Of a DNA stretch of 35,913 nucleotides, positions 7,792-16,292 are shown piece by piece. Origin of the DNA: an uncultured Actinomycetes bacterium (lineage in GTDB: Bacteria; Actinomycetota; UBA4738; HRBIN12); the NCBI GenBank assembly GCA_964509215.1, contig CAZDXK010000001.1:1-35913 (forward strand). Direction: 5' to 3'. The notes below the pieces were generated by a model. That model did no database searches and had not been told where the DNA came from. It saw only the letters and a list, made by a program, of their open reading frames with translations. Each line of letters opens with the position of its first letter. Positions within the stretch are counted from its first letter, which is position 1. The position numbers and the translations under genes were made by a program.

Positions 7792-9381
7792 TCAGCTCCA
7801 GGTAAGCGGACCCGCCGCCTTCACTCTGATACGTATTGCAGGATCGGTCAGGTATGCAAGGGGCACTTCTTCCACCTCGACCACCGCCACGCCGGCGCGG
7901 TCGGCGCCGGCCTCCACCGCACGATCCACCGCCTCGGCCGAGGCCTCCTCGACGGCGGCCCGACGCCCTCCCGGGCCGAGGTGGAAGATGCGGTCGACCT
8001 CGCCGCTCACCGAACCGATCGCCGCGCCGATCGCGTTCGCGACGTCGTGGTGGTCCGGACGGTGGATCTCGCTCACTCCCGGCAGCCGATCGGGCACCAG
8101 GATGCTGCCGCCGCCCACCGCGACGAGCGGGCGATCGTCCCGGGAGGTCTTCACGCGGTCGACGGCGTCGGCGAGGAGCTCGTCGGCCTTCGCGATGGCA
8201 GCAAGTAGCAGTTCGCGGTGCGGCCCGGCTCCCGAGGGATCACCGAGGTCTGCGCGTCCCGCCACCACGGCGGCATCCGTGAGCGTCGGCGTCTGGCCGC
8301 CGAACACGAGCGACTCCTCGGTGAGGCGATAGCCAACGCTGTCCGGGCCAACCCCCACTCCACCATCGGAATCTCTCACGACCGTGCCGCCGCCGAGCGC
8401 GATCGTCACGAGGTCCGGCATGCGGAAGTTCGTGCGCACGCCGCCGATCTCCACACCGAGCGAAGACTCGCGCGGGAACCCGTTCACGAGCACGCCGACG
8501 TCGGTCGAGGTGCCTCCGACGTCGACCACGAGCGCGTCGCTGCGGTCCGAGAGATATGCGGCACCACGGATACTGTTCGCGGGCCCGCTGCCGATCGTGA
8601 GCACCGGATACCTGACGGCGTAGTCGAGCGCCATCAGCGTGCCGTCGTTCTGCGCGAAGAACGTCACCGGATGCAGGCCGTTGGCGGCGAGCGCTCCGGC
8701 GATCGCGTCGGCGACGTCGCGTGCCACGTCGATCAGCGCCGCGTTCAGGACCGTGGCATTCTCGCGCTCGAGGAGGCCGACGGATCCGACCTGGTGGCTC
8801 AGCGACACGGGGACGTCGCCGAGCTCCTTGCGCACGACCTCCTGCGCGGCGAGCTCGTGCTCGGCCGAGACGGGAGCGAAGACGCTCGTGATCGCGACGG
8901 CCTGCGCCCGCCCCGCGACCTGCGACAGGAACCGCGCCGCTGCCTCTGCGTCGAACGACGAAAGCTCACGGCCATCGAACTCGATCCCGCCCGCGACGAT
9001 CGTCTCGCCGGCCGACACCGCCGCCCGGAGGTCGTCGGGCCAGCCGAACAATGGACGGACTGCGTGCGTCGCCGGTGCACCGAGGCGGAGCACGGCCACG
9101 CGGCGCAGGCGCCGGCGCTCGAGGATCGCGTTCGTGGCGTGGGTCGTACCGAGCATGGCGTGGGTGATGCGTGCGGGCGCCACGCCGGCGCGACCCACGA
9201 CGGCCTCGACGGCCGTGGCGATGCCCGACGTGACATCGGGGGTCGTGGGGACCTTCGCCTTCGCCATGAGCCGGTCGTCGCGGTCGACAACCACCGCGTC
9301 GGTGTTCGTGCCCCCAACATCGACACCGAGCCGCAGGTCGAGCGTCGGCGCAGGGTCGACGGTCAGATCAGCCGAGTCCAT
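7792..9381 (-). CDS. hydantoinase/oxoprolinase-family protein (A-type, ~529 aa; partner of DUF917)
   Basis: N-terminus LGVDVGGTNTDAVVV, internal VVDVGGTSTDVGV (ASKHA/hydantoinase-A ATP-binding motifs). SD GAGGAG upstream of ATG 9381. 14-nt overlap with the DUF917 gene end. Confidence 0.85.
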   Translation of the reverse strand: MDSADLTVDPAPTLDLRLGVDVGGTNTDAVVVDRDDRLMAKAKVPTTPDVTSGIATAVEAVVGRAGVAPARITHAMLGTTHATNAILERRRLRRVAVLRLGAPATHAVRPLFGWPDDLRAAVSAGETIVAGGIEFDGRELSSFDAEAAARFLSQVAGRAQAVAITSVFAPVSAEHELAAQEVVRKELGDVPVSLSHQVGSVGLLERENATVLNAALIDVARDVADAIAGALAANGLHPVTFFAQNDGTLMALDYAVRYPVLTIGSGPANSIRGAAYLSDRSDALVVDVGGTSTDVGVLVNGFPRESSLGVEIGGVRTNFRMPDLVTIALGGGTVVRDSDGGVGVGPDSVGYRLTEESLVFGGQTPTLTDAAVVAGRADLGDPSGAGPHRELLLAAIAKADELLADAVDRVKTSRDDRPLVAVGGGSILVPDRLPGVSEIHRPDHHDVANAIGAAIGSVSGEVDRIFHLGPGGRRAAVEEASAEAVDRAVEAGADRAGVAVVEVEEVPLAYLTDPAIRIRVKAAGPLTWS

Positions 9382-10441
9382 GGATCTCCTCGACCGGCAC
9401 GTAGTCCACGTCGTAGCCGAACGCGCGCGGGCCCGCGAGGTCCAGCCCGCGCACCGTCCGCCAGATCGGATCGCAGGGGAACGCGATCACGTGGACGCGT
9501 TGCCCGTACTTCAGCCGCTCGGTGGAGATCGCCTCGGCGCTCTCGGAATCCAGCACCGTGATGATGTCCGGCACGGTCGCGAGCAGCCGGCTGTCCTCGA
9601 GCGCGACGAGGTTCTCGTTCTGGATCTCGAGGCGAAGCGTGCGGCCGGCGTGTTCGCCGAGCCCCCCGATCGTGGCGGAGCCGCGGACGAACCCGGCGGT
9701 GGTGCGCCGCTCCACGTCGACGACCTTGCCGTTGATCAGCACCGCAGCGCCCAACTCCTCGGTGAGCGCGGTGACCGGGTCGTGTTCCGCTTCGAGCACC
9801 ACCGAGCCGATCCGGATGGCGAGGGAGAGGGACCGCCGGACCGTGGCCGTCTTCGCCTGAGCCACGGTGAGCTGGTACTCCGACGAGGAGGCCATGCCGC
9901 CGAACTCCACCGCCGCCGCTCGCTCCATGCGCTCCATCCACCCGCCGTCGATCGCGCGGAACACCGTGAGGTTTCCGCGCTCGTCGGTCATCACCGCCGG
10001 GTTCGGTGAGATCCCGGCCACCTCCATCGTGACCTGCGGCACTTCGGGAAAGGCGCGTCCCATCCCGTCGGCGTCGACCACTGGGACGCCGGCGTGGGCC
10101 GCCCACACGACAGGGATCAACCCGTTCGACCCTCCGATCTCCGCGGCGAAGAACGCCACCACCGGACAGCCCCAGAGTCGCTCGACCTCCTCGCGGAGGC
10201 GAACGCCCTCCCGTCCGTTCTCGATCTTCTCGATCGAGACGGTGGGCGCTCCGATGCCGCCGCACGGCATGAGGAGCGCGTCGTCGGGCAGGTCGTCGAG
10301 GTCCACCACGGGCACCGGCCCGTACTCCTCCACAGCCTGAAGCGCCATGAGCAGCCCGTAGTGGGTGTCGCCTCCTCCTCCGGCGCCGAGGATCGCGCAC
10401 CCCCTCGCGAGGGCCGGGAGGTTCGACGAGTCAAGGCGCAC
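9368..10441 (-). CDS. DUF917-family protein
   Basis: ARGCAILGAGGGGD...MPCGGIGAP...AAEIGGSNG are hallmarks of DUF917 (PF06032) as I recall it. Start placed at GTG 10441 (GAGG 6 nt upstream; gives ~357 aa, typical size). The alternative ATG 10513 would overlap hyuB-like by 83 nt. Confidence 0.8.
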   Translation of the reverse strand: MRLDSSNLPALARGCAILGAGGGGDTHYGLLMALQAVEEYGPVPVVDLDDLPDDALLMPCGGIGAPTVSIEKIENGREGVRLREEVERLWGCPVVAFFAAEIGGSNGLIPVVWAAHAGVPVVDADGMGRAFPEVPQVTMEVAGISPNPAVMTDERGNLTVFRAIDGGWMERMERAAAVEFGGMASSSEYQLTVAQAKTATVRRSLSLAIRIGSVVLEAEHDPVTALTEELGAAVLINGKVVDVERRTTAGFVRGSATIGGLGEHAGRTLRLEIQNENLVALEDSRLLATVPDIITVLDSESAEAISTERLKYGQRVHVIAFPCDPIWRTVRGLDLAGPRAFGYDVDYVPVEEIHGLG

Positions 10442-12089
10442 CGTAGACCTCGCGGGCCTCGCGCTCGGTGATGATCCCGTTGACGAGGTCTTCTGCAACG
10501 AGCTCCCGTTCACGCTCCCTCGGATCCCCGTGGCCGCCCCCGGTGCCCGTCACGAGCCGCACCAGGTCGCCGGTCCGAAGCGGCAACCTCGCGGCCTTCC
10601 CGAACCGACGCGGCGGCGAACCGTCGGCCGGCACGACCTCCACGTAGTTCACGGATCCTTCGCCGCCGCCGTCAACGCCCCAGGGTGGGAACCGATGGCG
10701 GCCGAACCCAACGGTGAGGCTGCCGTCGGTGAGGAGCCGGTACTCGCGGACCAGCCCCCGGCCGCCACGCCGGCGCCCGGCCCCGGCTCCCTCCACGATG
10801 TCGAGCCCGAATCGCTCCACGCGGATGCCGTAGCGCTGCTCGCAGACCTCTGCCGGGATCACATATGTCTCGCCGTCACCGACCGAGACGAGCCCGTGCT
10901 CTCCGTCCTTGAGGGCACTCGCGCCCCAGCCGCCAGCCTGCGGCTCGACGAGCAGCGTCGGCTCGCCCATGTCGGGATGCGTGCAGGCAACGGATGTCGC
11001 GCACACCGAGAGGAAGCTCCCGGCCGTGAGGACCTCCGGAAGCGCGGGCGCGAGCGCCTTCCACACGAGATCGGTGGCCGCCTCAGTGGCCTCGAAGTAG
11101 AGGGCGACAGGAGCCGGCCGCTCCGCCGTGAGCACCGTGCCCGGCGGGCAGACGATCTTGAACGGGCGGAACCATGCGTCGCTCGCGGCCTCGGTGGGAT
11201 CGGTGATCGCCTTGAAGACCGTGCGGACTCCCGATACCAGCCCACTCCGTGTGCAGTTCACGGGCCCCTTCACCTGGGGGCTCGAGCCGGTGAAGTCGGC
11301 CACGACCCCGTCCTCGGAGATCTCGACGCGCACCCGGATCGGGATCGGTGTCGTGTCGAGACCGTCATCGTCGAGAAAGTCCTCGGCCTCCCAGACTCCG
11401 CGCGGTAGGCGGACGACCGCGGCGCGAGCCAGCTCCTCGCTCCGCCGGTGCGCCTCGGCCATCGCCTCGCGGATCGCTTCGATCCCGTGGCGGTCGCACA
11501 GTTCGAAGAAGCGACGCTCCGCGACCTCGAGGCACGCGGCGAACGCGTGGAGGTCGCCGAGTGTCTCGTCGGGGAGCCGGCAGTTCGCGGCGACGATGGC
11601 CGCGATGTCGCGAACGAGTTCGCCGCGGCGGTGGGTCTTCACGAAGGGGAGCTGCAGGCCTTCCTGATAGATCTCGGTCGAGTCGGCCGTCCAAGAGCCC
11701 GGATCCTTGCCCCCCACCTCCGGCCAGTGGCCCTTCGCGCCGGCGAACGCGGCGAGTTCCCCATCCACGAAGATCGGCCGAACCATCGCGACGTCGGAGA
11801 GGTGTCCGCCGCCGCCCGAGTAGGGATCGTTCGTCGCAACAACGTCGCCCGGCTCGAGGTCGGGGACCTTCACCATCGTGTCGCGCGCTACCTCGCCCAG
11901 CGGCCCGAGGAACCCGGCGATCCCGTTGCCTTGCGACACGAGCTCGCCGTCCGCGTCGGTCAGTCCGACGGCGAAGTCGAGCACCTCGTAGATCACGGGG
12001 CTCTGCGAAGTCCGCTGCAGCGACACGAACATCTCGTCGGTGACGGCCGAGAAGGCCTCGCGAAGGACGTCCATCGTGAATCGGTCCAT
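10431..12089 (-). CDS. hydantoinase B / oxoprolinase family protein (HyuB-like)
   Basis: Start at ATG 12089 (MDRFTMDVLREAFSAVTDEMFVSLQRTSQSPVIYEVLDF, canonical Hydantoinase_B N-terminus). SD GAGGAGG lies upstream. TGATG overlap with the HyuA-like stop. The longer track ORF is an Arg-rich upstream extension. Confidence 0.9.
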   Translation of the reverse strand: MDRFTMDVLREAFSAVTDEMFVSLQRTSQSPVIYEVLDFAVGLTDADGELVSQGNGIAGFLGPLGEVARDTMVKVPDLEPGDVVATNDPYSGGGGHLSDVAMVRPIFVDGELAAFAGAKGHWPEVGGKDPGSWTADSTEIYQEGLQLPFVKTHRRGELVRDIAAIVAANCRLPDETLGDLHAFAACLEVAERRFFELCDRHGIEAIREAMAEAHRRSEELARAAVVRLPRGVWEAEDFLDDDGLDTTPIPIRVRVEISEDGVVADFTGSSPQVKGPVNCTRSGLVSGVRTVFKAITDPTEAASDAWFRPFKIVCPPGTVLTAERPAPVALYFEATEAATDLVWKALAPALPEVLTAGSFLSVCATSVACTHPDMGEPTLLVEPQAGGWGASALKDGEHGLVSVGDGETYVIPAEVCEQRYGIRVERFGLDIVEGAGAGRRRGGRGLVREYRLLTDGSLTVGFGRHRFPPWGVDGGGEGSVNYVEVVPADGSPPRRFGKAARLPLRTGDLVRLVTGTGGGHGDPRERERELVAEDLVNGIITEREAREVYGAP

Positions 12090-14143
12090 CACGAAGCCTC
12101 CTCGATGACCAGGTTCCCCAGGTCGTCTACCTCGACGGTCTGTCCCGGAAGCACGAGCGTCGTCGCCGCAGGTTCCTCGACGACACACGGACCGTCGAGC
12201 CTCGTGGCCGTATCGAGCGCGCTGCGCTCCACCACCTCCGCTCTTCGGACGCCCCCGTGCTGGTCGAGATCGACGTCGCGTGGTCGGAGCGTGGGGGGCG
12301 CACCGGATCGGTGCGTCGTCCACGACAGGCGCTCTGCCGGTGCCGACACGCTCACACGAATGGCCACGATCTCCACCGGCGACGGCAAGCTGAACGCGTA
12401 CGCCTCTTCGGAGGCTCGGTCGAAGTCACTCCGCAACATGTCGAGCAGCGAGGCGTCCACCGCTCCCTCGCGAAGCGGCACCTCCAGCGTGTGCTCCTGC
12501 CCGACGTAGCGAAGGTGTGCGAACCGCTGGACATGTCGCGAGCCCGCCTCGTCCTCGATCTCTGCCGCCGCCTCACGCTCCAGCAGATCGAACAGCGGAG
12601 CGAGCGTGGCGGGGCTGAGTGCACCGACGTGGGTCCGGATGGCGTCGGCACCGAAGTCTCCGAGCAGCATGCCCAGCGCCGAGAAGTGCCCGGGCGCGGG
12701 CGGGATCACCGTTCGACGGATGCCGAGCTCTCGGGCGAGCAGCGAGGCGTGGAGCGGGCCGGCGCCGCCGTAGGCCACGAACGTGAAGTCCCGGGGGTCG
12801 AGGCCGCGACGGACGGTGACCAGCCGAAGCGCGTGCGCCATCTGCGCGACCGCGTATCGCAGAACCCCTCGAGCCGCCTCAGAACTATCGACACCGAGTT
12901 CCCCCCCGAGCTGCCGGAGCGCCTTGGACGCCGCCTCCATGTCGAGCTGCATCGCTCCACCTAAGAAGTACTCGGGGTCGAGGCGCCCGGCCACGAGGTT
13001 CGCGTCGGTAACGGTGGGCTCCGTCCCGCCACGGCCGTAACAAGCCGGACCGGGTTCGGCGCCTGAGCTTGTGGGTCCGACGTGGAGCCCGCCCGCGGCG
13101 TCGATCCATGCGATCGAACCACCGCCGGCGCCGATCTCCATCACCTCTACCACCGGCACCTGGACGGGGTACCCGGCGAAGGTCGGCGTACGTGCGATGT
13201 GGTGAGACGTGTCGATCCTCACTCGGCCGCCGCGCACCGCCGACGTCTTCGCGGTCGTGCCGCCGATGTCAAGCGACAGCACGTCGGATGTGCCGAGTCG
13301 GCGCCCCAGCTCCGCGGCCGCCGTCACGCCGGCGACGGGCCCGGACTCGAGGAGCGAGATCGGCGAGGCGAGCGCACGCTCGAACGACGAGACACCGCCG
13401 CTCGAACGCATGGCGTACAAGGGACCGATCAGGCCCGCTTGCCGAAGACGGGCGGTGAGCCCACCGAGGTAGTTGGCGACCACGGGCTTCACGTATGCGG
13501 CGAGGACGGCGGTGCTGCTGCGCTCGTACTCGCGCCACTGCGAGCTCACATGGTGAGAAGCGACGACCTCGACCTCCGGGAGGAGTTTCCCGATCAACTC
13601 CGCGGCTCGCCGTTCGTGGTCGGGGTTCGTCCACGCATGGAGGAAGCACACCGCGACCGCTTCGACTCCCGCATCGCGGAGGGCAGGAGCGAGCGCCTCG
13701 ACCTCGTCCTCGTTGAGAGGCACCAGCACCTCACCTCGATGCGTGATCCGTTCGCTTACCTCGAAGCGAAGACGACGCGGGACGAACGGGCGAGGCTTCG
13801 CGTACGAAAGGTTGTACAGGTCGGGCCGATTGGCCCGACCGATCTCGAGCACGTCGCGAAAGCCCAGGGTCGTGACGAGCGCTGTGAGCGCGCCCTTGCG
13901 CTCGGTGATCGCGTTGATGACGGCGGTGGTGCCGTGGACGAACCCGCCGACCCAGGCTGGATCGACGCCCGAATGTTTAATCGCCTCGATCACCCCTTCG
14001 TCGAGCCGGCCCGAGGTGGTCGGAACTTTCGCCAGCACGAGGCGGCCTGTGTCCCCATCGACGCCGGCGAGATCGGTGAACGTGCCGCCGATATCGACCG
14101 CGAGGCGCTGTCCGGATCTCGCGGGAGCGGTGGGCACCGACAC
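12089..14143 (-). CDS. hydantoinase A / oxoprolinase family protein (HyuA-like)
   Basis: 684 aa. LAVDIGGTFTDL and LSLDIGGTTAK motifs, length typical of Hydant_A_N + Hydantoinase_A proteins. GTG start at 14143. Confidence 0.9.
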   Translation of the reverse strand: MSVPTAPARSGQRLAVDIGGTFTDLAGVDGDTGRLVLAKVPTTSGRLDEGVIEAIKHSGVDPAWVGGFVHGTTAVINAITERKGALTALVTTLGFRDVLEIGRANRPDLYNLSYAKPRPFVPRRLRFEVSERITHRGEVLVPLNEDEVEALAPALRDAGVEAVAVCFLHAWTNPDHERRAAELIGKLLPEVEVVASHHVSSQWREYERSSTAVLAAYVKPVVANYLGGLTARLRQAGLIGPLYAMRSSGGVSSFERALASPISLLESGPVAGVTAAAELGRRLGTSDVLSLDIGGTTAKTSAVRGGRVRIDTSHHIARTPTFAGYPVQVPVVEVMEIGAGGGSIAWIDAAGGLHVGPTSSGAEPGPACYGRGGTEPTVTDANLVAGRLDPEYFLGGAMQLDMEAASKALRQLGGELGVDSSEAARGVLRYAVAQMAHALRLVTVRRGLDPRDFTFVAYGGAGPLHASLLARELGIRRTVIPPAPGHFSALGMLLGDFGADAIRTHVGALSPATLAPLFDLLEREAAAEIEDEAGSRHVQRFAHLRYVGQEHTLEVPLREGAVDASLLDMLRSDFDRASEEAYAFSLPSPVEIVAIRVSVSAPAERLSWTTHRSGAPPTLRPRDVDLDQHGGVRRAEVVERSALDTATRLDGPCVVEEPAATTLVLPGQTVEVDDLGNLVIEEAS

Positions 14144-14275
14144 GGCGTACTTATATCGCCCCTGAAGCGTCTCGGGCCACTCGAGGGGGATGCATGCCCG
14201 GAATCCCCTAGGGCGCAGAAGGCCAATGTACCGAAAAGGTGCTCTGGCCGAGAAGCGAGCGTCGCCTACTCTTCT

Positions 14276-14308
14276 GTCGCCGTCATCCTTCGGGATGACG
14301 GCGGCGAC
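14276..14308 (-). terminator. stem-loop downstream of the DUF1059-like gene (candidate tail-less intrinsic terminator or RNA-processing site)
   Basis: GTCGCCGTCATCC-TTCG-GGATGACGGCGGCGAC: 11 perfect bp closing a 4-nt loop, extendable with a 3-nt bulge. About 20 nt after the stop at 14325. No U-tract. Confidence 0.35.
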
Positions 14309-14324
14309 CTACCACTATTCGGCG

Positions 14325-14477
14325 CTACTCCTCTTTCGTGGTGGCCATGACCGCCTCGAAGTCGAGGTCCTCGCCCTGGTGGTGCTCCGCGACATGCTGC
14401 TCCGCTTTCGTCCTCAGCTCCTCCATCGTTTCGCCTCGTACGGTCATCCCGTCGGCGCAGTCGATCCGGTAGCCCAC
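14325..14477 (-). CDS. small DUF1059-like protein (50 aa)
   Basis: GTG at 14477 is preceded by GAAGGAGG with a 5-nt spacer. Product VGYRIDCADGMTVRGETMEELRTKAEQHVAEHHQGEDLDFEAV... resembles the DUF1059 small metal-binding protein pattern (C.d.G....get.eEl...a..H...H). The upstream part of track ORF 14325..14714 has no such support. Confidence 0.5.
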   Translation of the reverse strand: MGYRIDCADGMTVRGETMEELRTKAEQHVAEHHQGEDLDFEAVMATTKEE

Positions 14478-15039
14478 GTTCGCCTCCTTCGTCGCTCCGA
14501 CGACGAGCGTACCCCTCACAGCTACGTCTCGCAGACGCCCCGCCAGGGCTGACTCGGCTCGTCGGTCCGGCCAGCTTCGCGGTGCTCCTGGGGAATCGCA
14601 ATGATGCGTTCGCATCAGCTCCCCGACCCAGGAAAACGCTCCGGTGCGCGCCAGTGCGACGACGTCACTCCAGGGCGAGAGGGCCCACGATTTCATGCGA
14701 CTGTCCCAGGCCATTCACATCATGCATGCTCTCGGAGGACGAGGGACCGGGAAGAGGTGAAGAGCAACGATGTACATCGACTCCGATTGCACCGGTGCCA
14801 TGAAGTACGTCCGTGTGACGGACCCGACCGACAAGCGAACCTGGGAGGTTTGGTGCGAGCCTGGTAACGCCAGCTGGCCCTCGCAATCCGAGAGTCCGGG
14901 GATAAGAGATGGGTCGTTCAGAGCCCCGATGGCGCTAAGGAACCGATCGACATGGTCGGCTTGACGAAAAGAAGTGCTCTTGGGCAGGCTGGCCGTACTG
15001 CTTGGCGGCGAAGACGCTGCACATGAGGTTCTCGAGCTC

Positions 15040-15457
15040 TTCGAACCCCTACGACTTGATAGCGAGGGCTGCATCAGTCCCGACGCTACGACCAAGTCCC
15101 TGCCGCTGAGGGCGCGGATCGGAACCTCCAACCTCACCGACCTCGAGCACCGACTCCGCGCCGGAGATGCTCGCCGTGGGCCGGGAGCGCGCAGCCGACG
15201 CCGGCCTCGCCAACGTCGAGTTCGTTGCCCGCGACGCCGAGGAGCTCGAGTTCGACAGCCAGAGCTTCGACGCGGGGCTCAGCCGCGCCACCTCAATGTT
15301 CCTGCCGGACGTCGCAGGCGCGTTGAGCCCAGCAGCAAGGGCAACTGCCCCAGGCGGGCTTTCATTCAGGAGTCAGGCTTCCGGCCGGTCGTGTTGCAGT
15401 TGCGGCGCGGCCCCTTCAGGAGAAGGATTCGAGCGTGGACTCCCAGATACCAACTAG
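15040..15457 (+). pseudogene. decayed class I SAM-dependent methyltransferase
   Basis: Pieces sit in different frames: RLDSEGC (about VLDxGCG), DSAPEMLAVGRERAADAGLANVEFVARDAEELEFDSQSFDAG...APGG, then FIQESGFRPV. At least two frameshifts and an internal deletion between the PGG and GF motifs. Confidence 0.5.
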
Positions 15458-15521
15458 CACGCATGGAGGTGTGGCCGAGCGACGCTGACGATCGACGGCG
15501 ACCCAAATTGCGGAGGTGGAG

Positions 15522-15908
15522 ATGGAGCCGGTCGGACAGCTCGGGTGGATCCAGGTTGACTGCCGAGATCCCGTAGCTCTTGCCACTTTCTGGGGGGTAG
15601 TGCTCGGCCTCCAGGTCGACGACGACTACCTCGGCGATCCACCTCACTACGTGGGGCTTGCGGCGACGAACCCCGACCACCCCCAGGTGAACTTCCAGCG
15701 GGTCGCGGAGCCGAAGACCATGAAGAGCCCACTCCATTTCGACCTACGCGTGGACGACGTCGACAAGGCGACGGCCCGGATCGAGGCGCTGGGCGGCCTG
15801 CGGCTACAGGCAGAAGACGTCCACGAGTACGGCTACAACTGGCGTGTGATGGCCGATCCTGAGGGCAACGAGTTCTGTCTGATCTACGAGATTGCCGCAG
15901 CGTCCTAG
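15522..15908 (+). CDS. VOC-family (glyoxalase/bleomycin-resistance-like) protein
   Basis: LGWIQVDCRDPVALATFWGVVLG...HFDLRVDDVDKATARIEALGG...VMADPEGNEFCL is typical of the Glyoxalase-like/VOC fold. ATG 15522 is preceded by GGAGG with a 5-nt spacer (the track ORF starts at GTG 15516). Confidence 0.8.
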   Translation: MEPVGQLGWIQVDCRDPVALATFWGVVLGLQVDDDYLGDPPHYVGLAATNPDHPQVNFQRVAEPKTMKSPLHFDLRVDDVDKATARIEALGGLRLQAEDVHEYGYNWRVMADPEGNEFCLIYEIAAAS

Positions 15909-15954
15909 CCGTCCCTCGATCTACGGGAGTCAATCTGCGCCTACAGCCGATCCT

Positions 15955-16002
15955 TGGTGGGCGCTAGAGGATTTGAAACTCTGACCTCTTCCGTGTCAGG
16001 GA
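15955..16002 (-). other. tRNA-Val(GAC) 3' fragment (nt 29-73 plus encoded CCA), att-like direct repeat, degenerate
   Basis: Minus-strand reading TCCCTGACACGGAAGAGGTCAGAGTTTCAAATCCTCTAGCGCCCACCA matches the tRNA-Val at the window end. The exceptions are G53->T (which breaks the T-stem) and the presence of CCA. No 5' half is present. Confidence 0.8.
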
Positions 16003-16063
16003 GATGGGCCGCAGGTGTCTGAGCTGCACCTTCCCAGGTGAGGGACGAAGTCGACCGTCACAC

Positions 16064-16117
16064 GAGTACCGGAGAGTACCGTTGGGTTCGGTCGGCTCCT
16101 TGACCAGGTGTTGACCA
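16064..16117. repeat. short tandem direct repeats next to the tRNA-Val fragment (GAGTACCG x2, period 10; TTGACCA x2, period 11)
   Basis: cacGAGTACCGgaGAGTACCGtt at 16064-16081 and TTGACCAggtgTTGACCA at 16100-16117, read directly. Function unknown (recombinase arm-type sites are a speculation). Confidence 0.4.
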
Positions 16118-16292
16118 AACCAAGCGACCCAACGCCATCCAACTAGCTGCTAGTTCGACCCTCAGAGATCACCGGGACTGGGTGGGGTGGGCCCCTCGGG
16201 CGTGGCCGTTTCGTGGGCACGGGCGATCGCCTCGTGTCGACTGGGGGGTCGTTGTGACAACTGTCCGGTCGACTCGACAACCCCGCGGCGAG

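Noticed and set aside
3405-12323. Long N-terminal extensions of track ORFs 3405..5057, 4211..5791 and 10431..12323
   Set aside because: The extensions overlap the upstream genes out of frame and translate to Arg/Gly/Pro-rich sequence. Internal ATGs at 4214, 5140 and 12089 give canonical family N-termini and the stop/start overlaps typical of coupled operon genes.
6045-14350. Many long plus-strand ORFs antisense to the operon (for example 6045..7475, 8218..9561, 8639..10009, 10365..11408, 11448..12509, 13082..14350) and their copy-B twins
   Set aside because: They have Arg/Pro/Gly/Ser-rich low-complexity translations with no family resemblance, typical shadow ORFs of high-GC DNA. The opposite strand carries clearly recognisable genes across the same coordinates.
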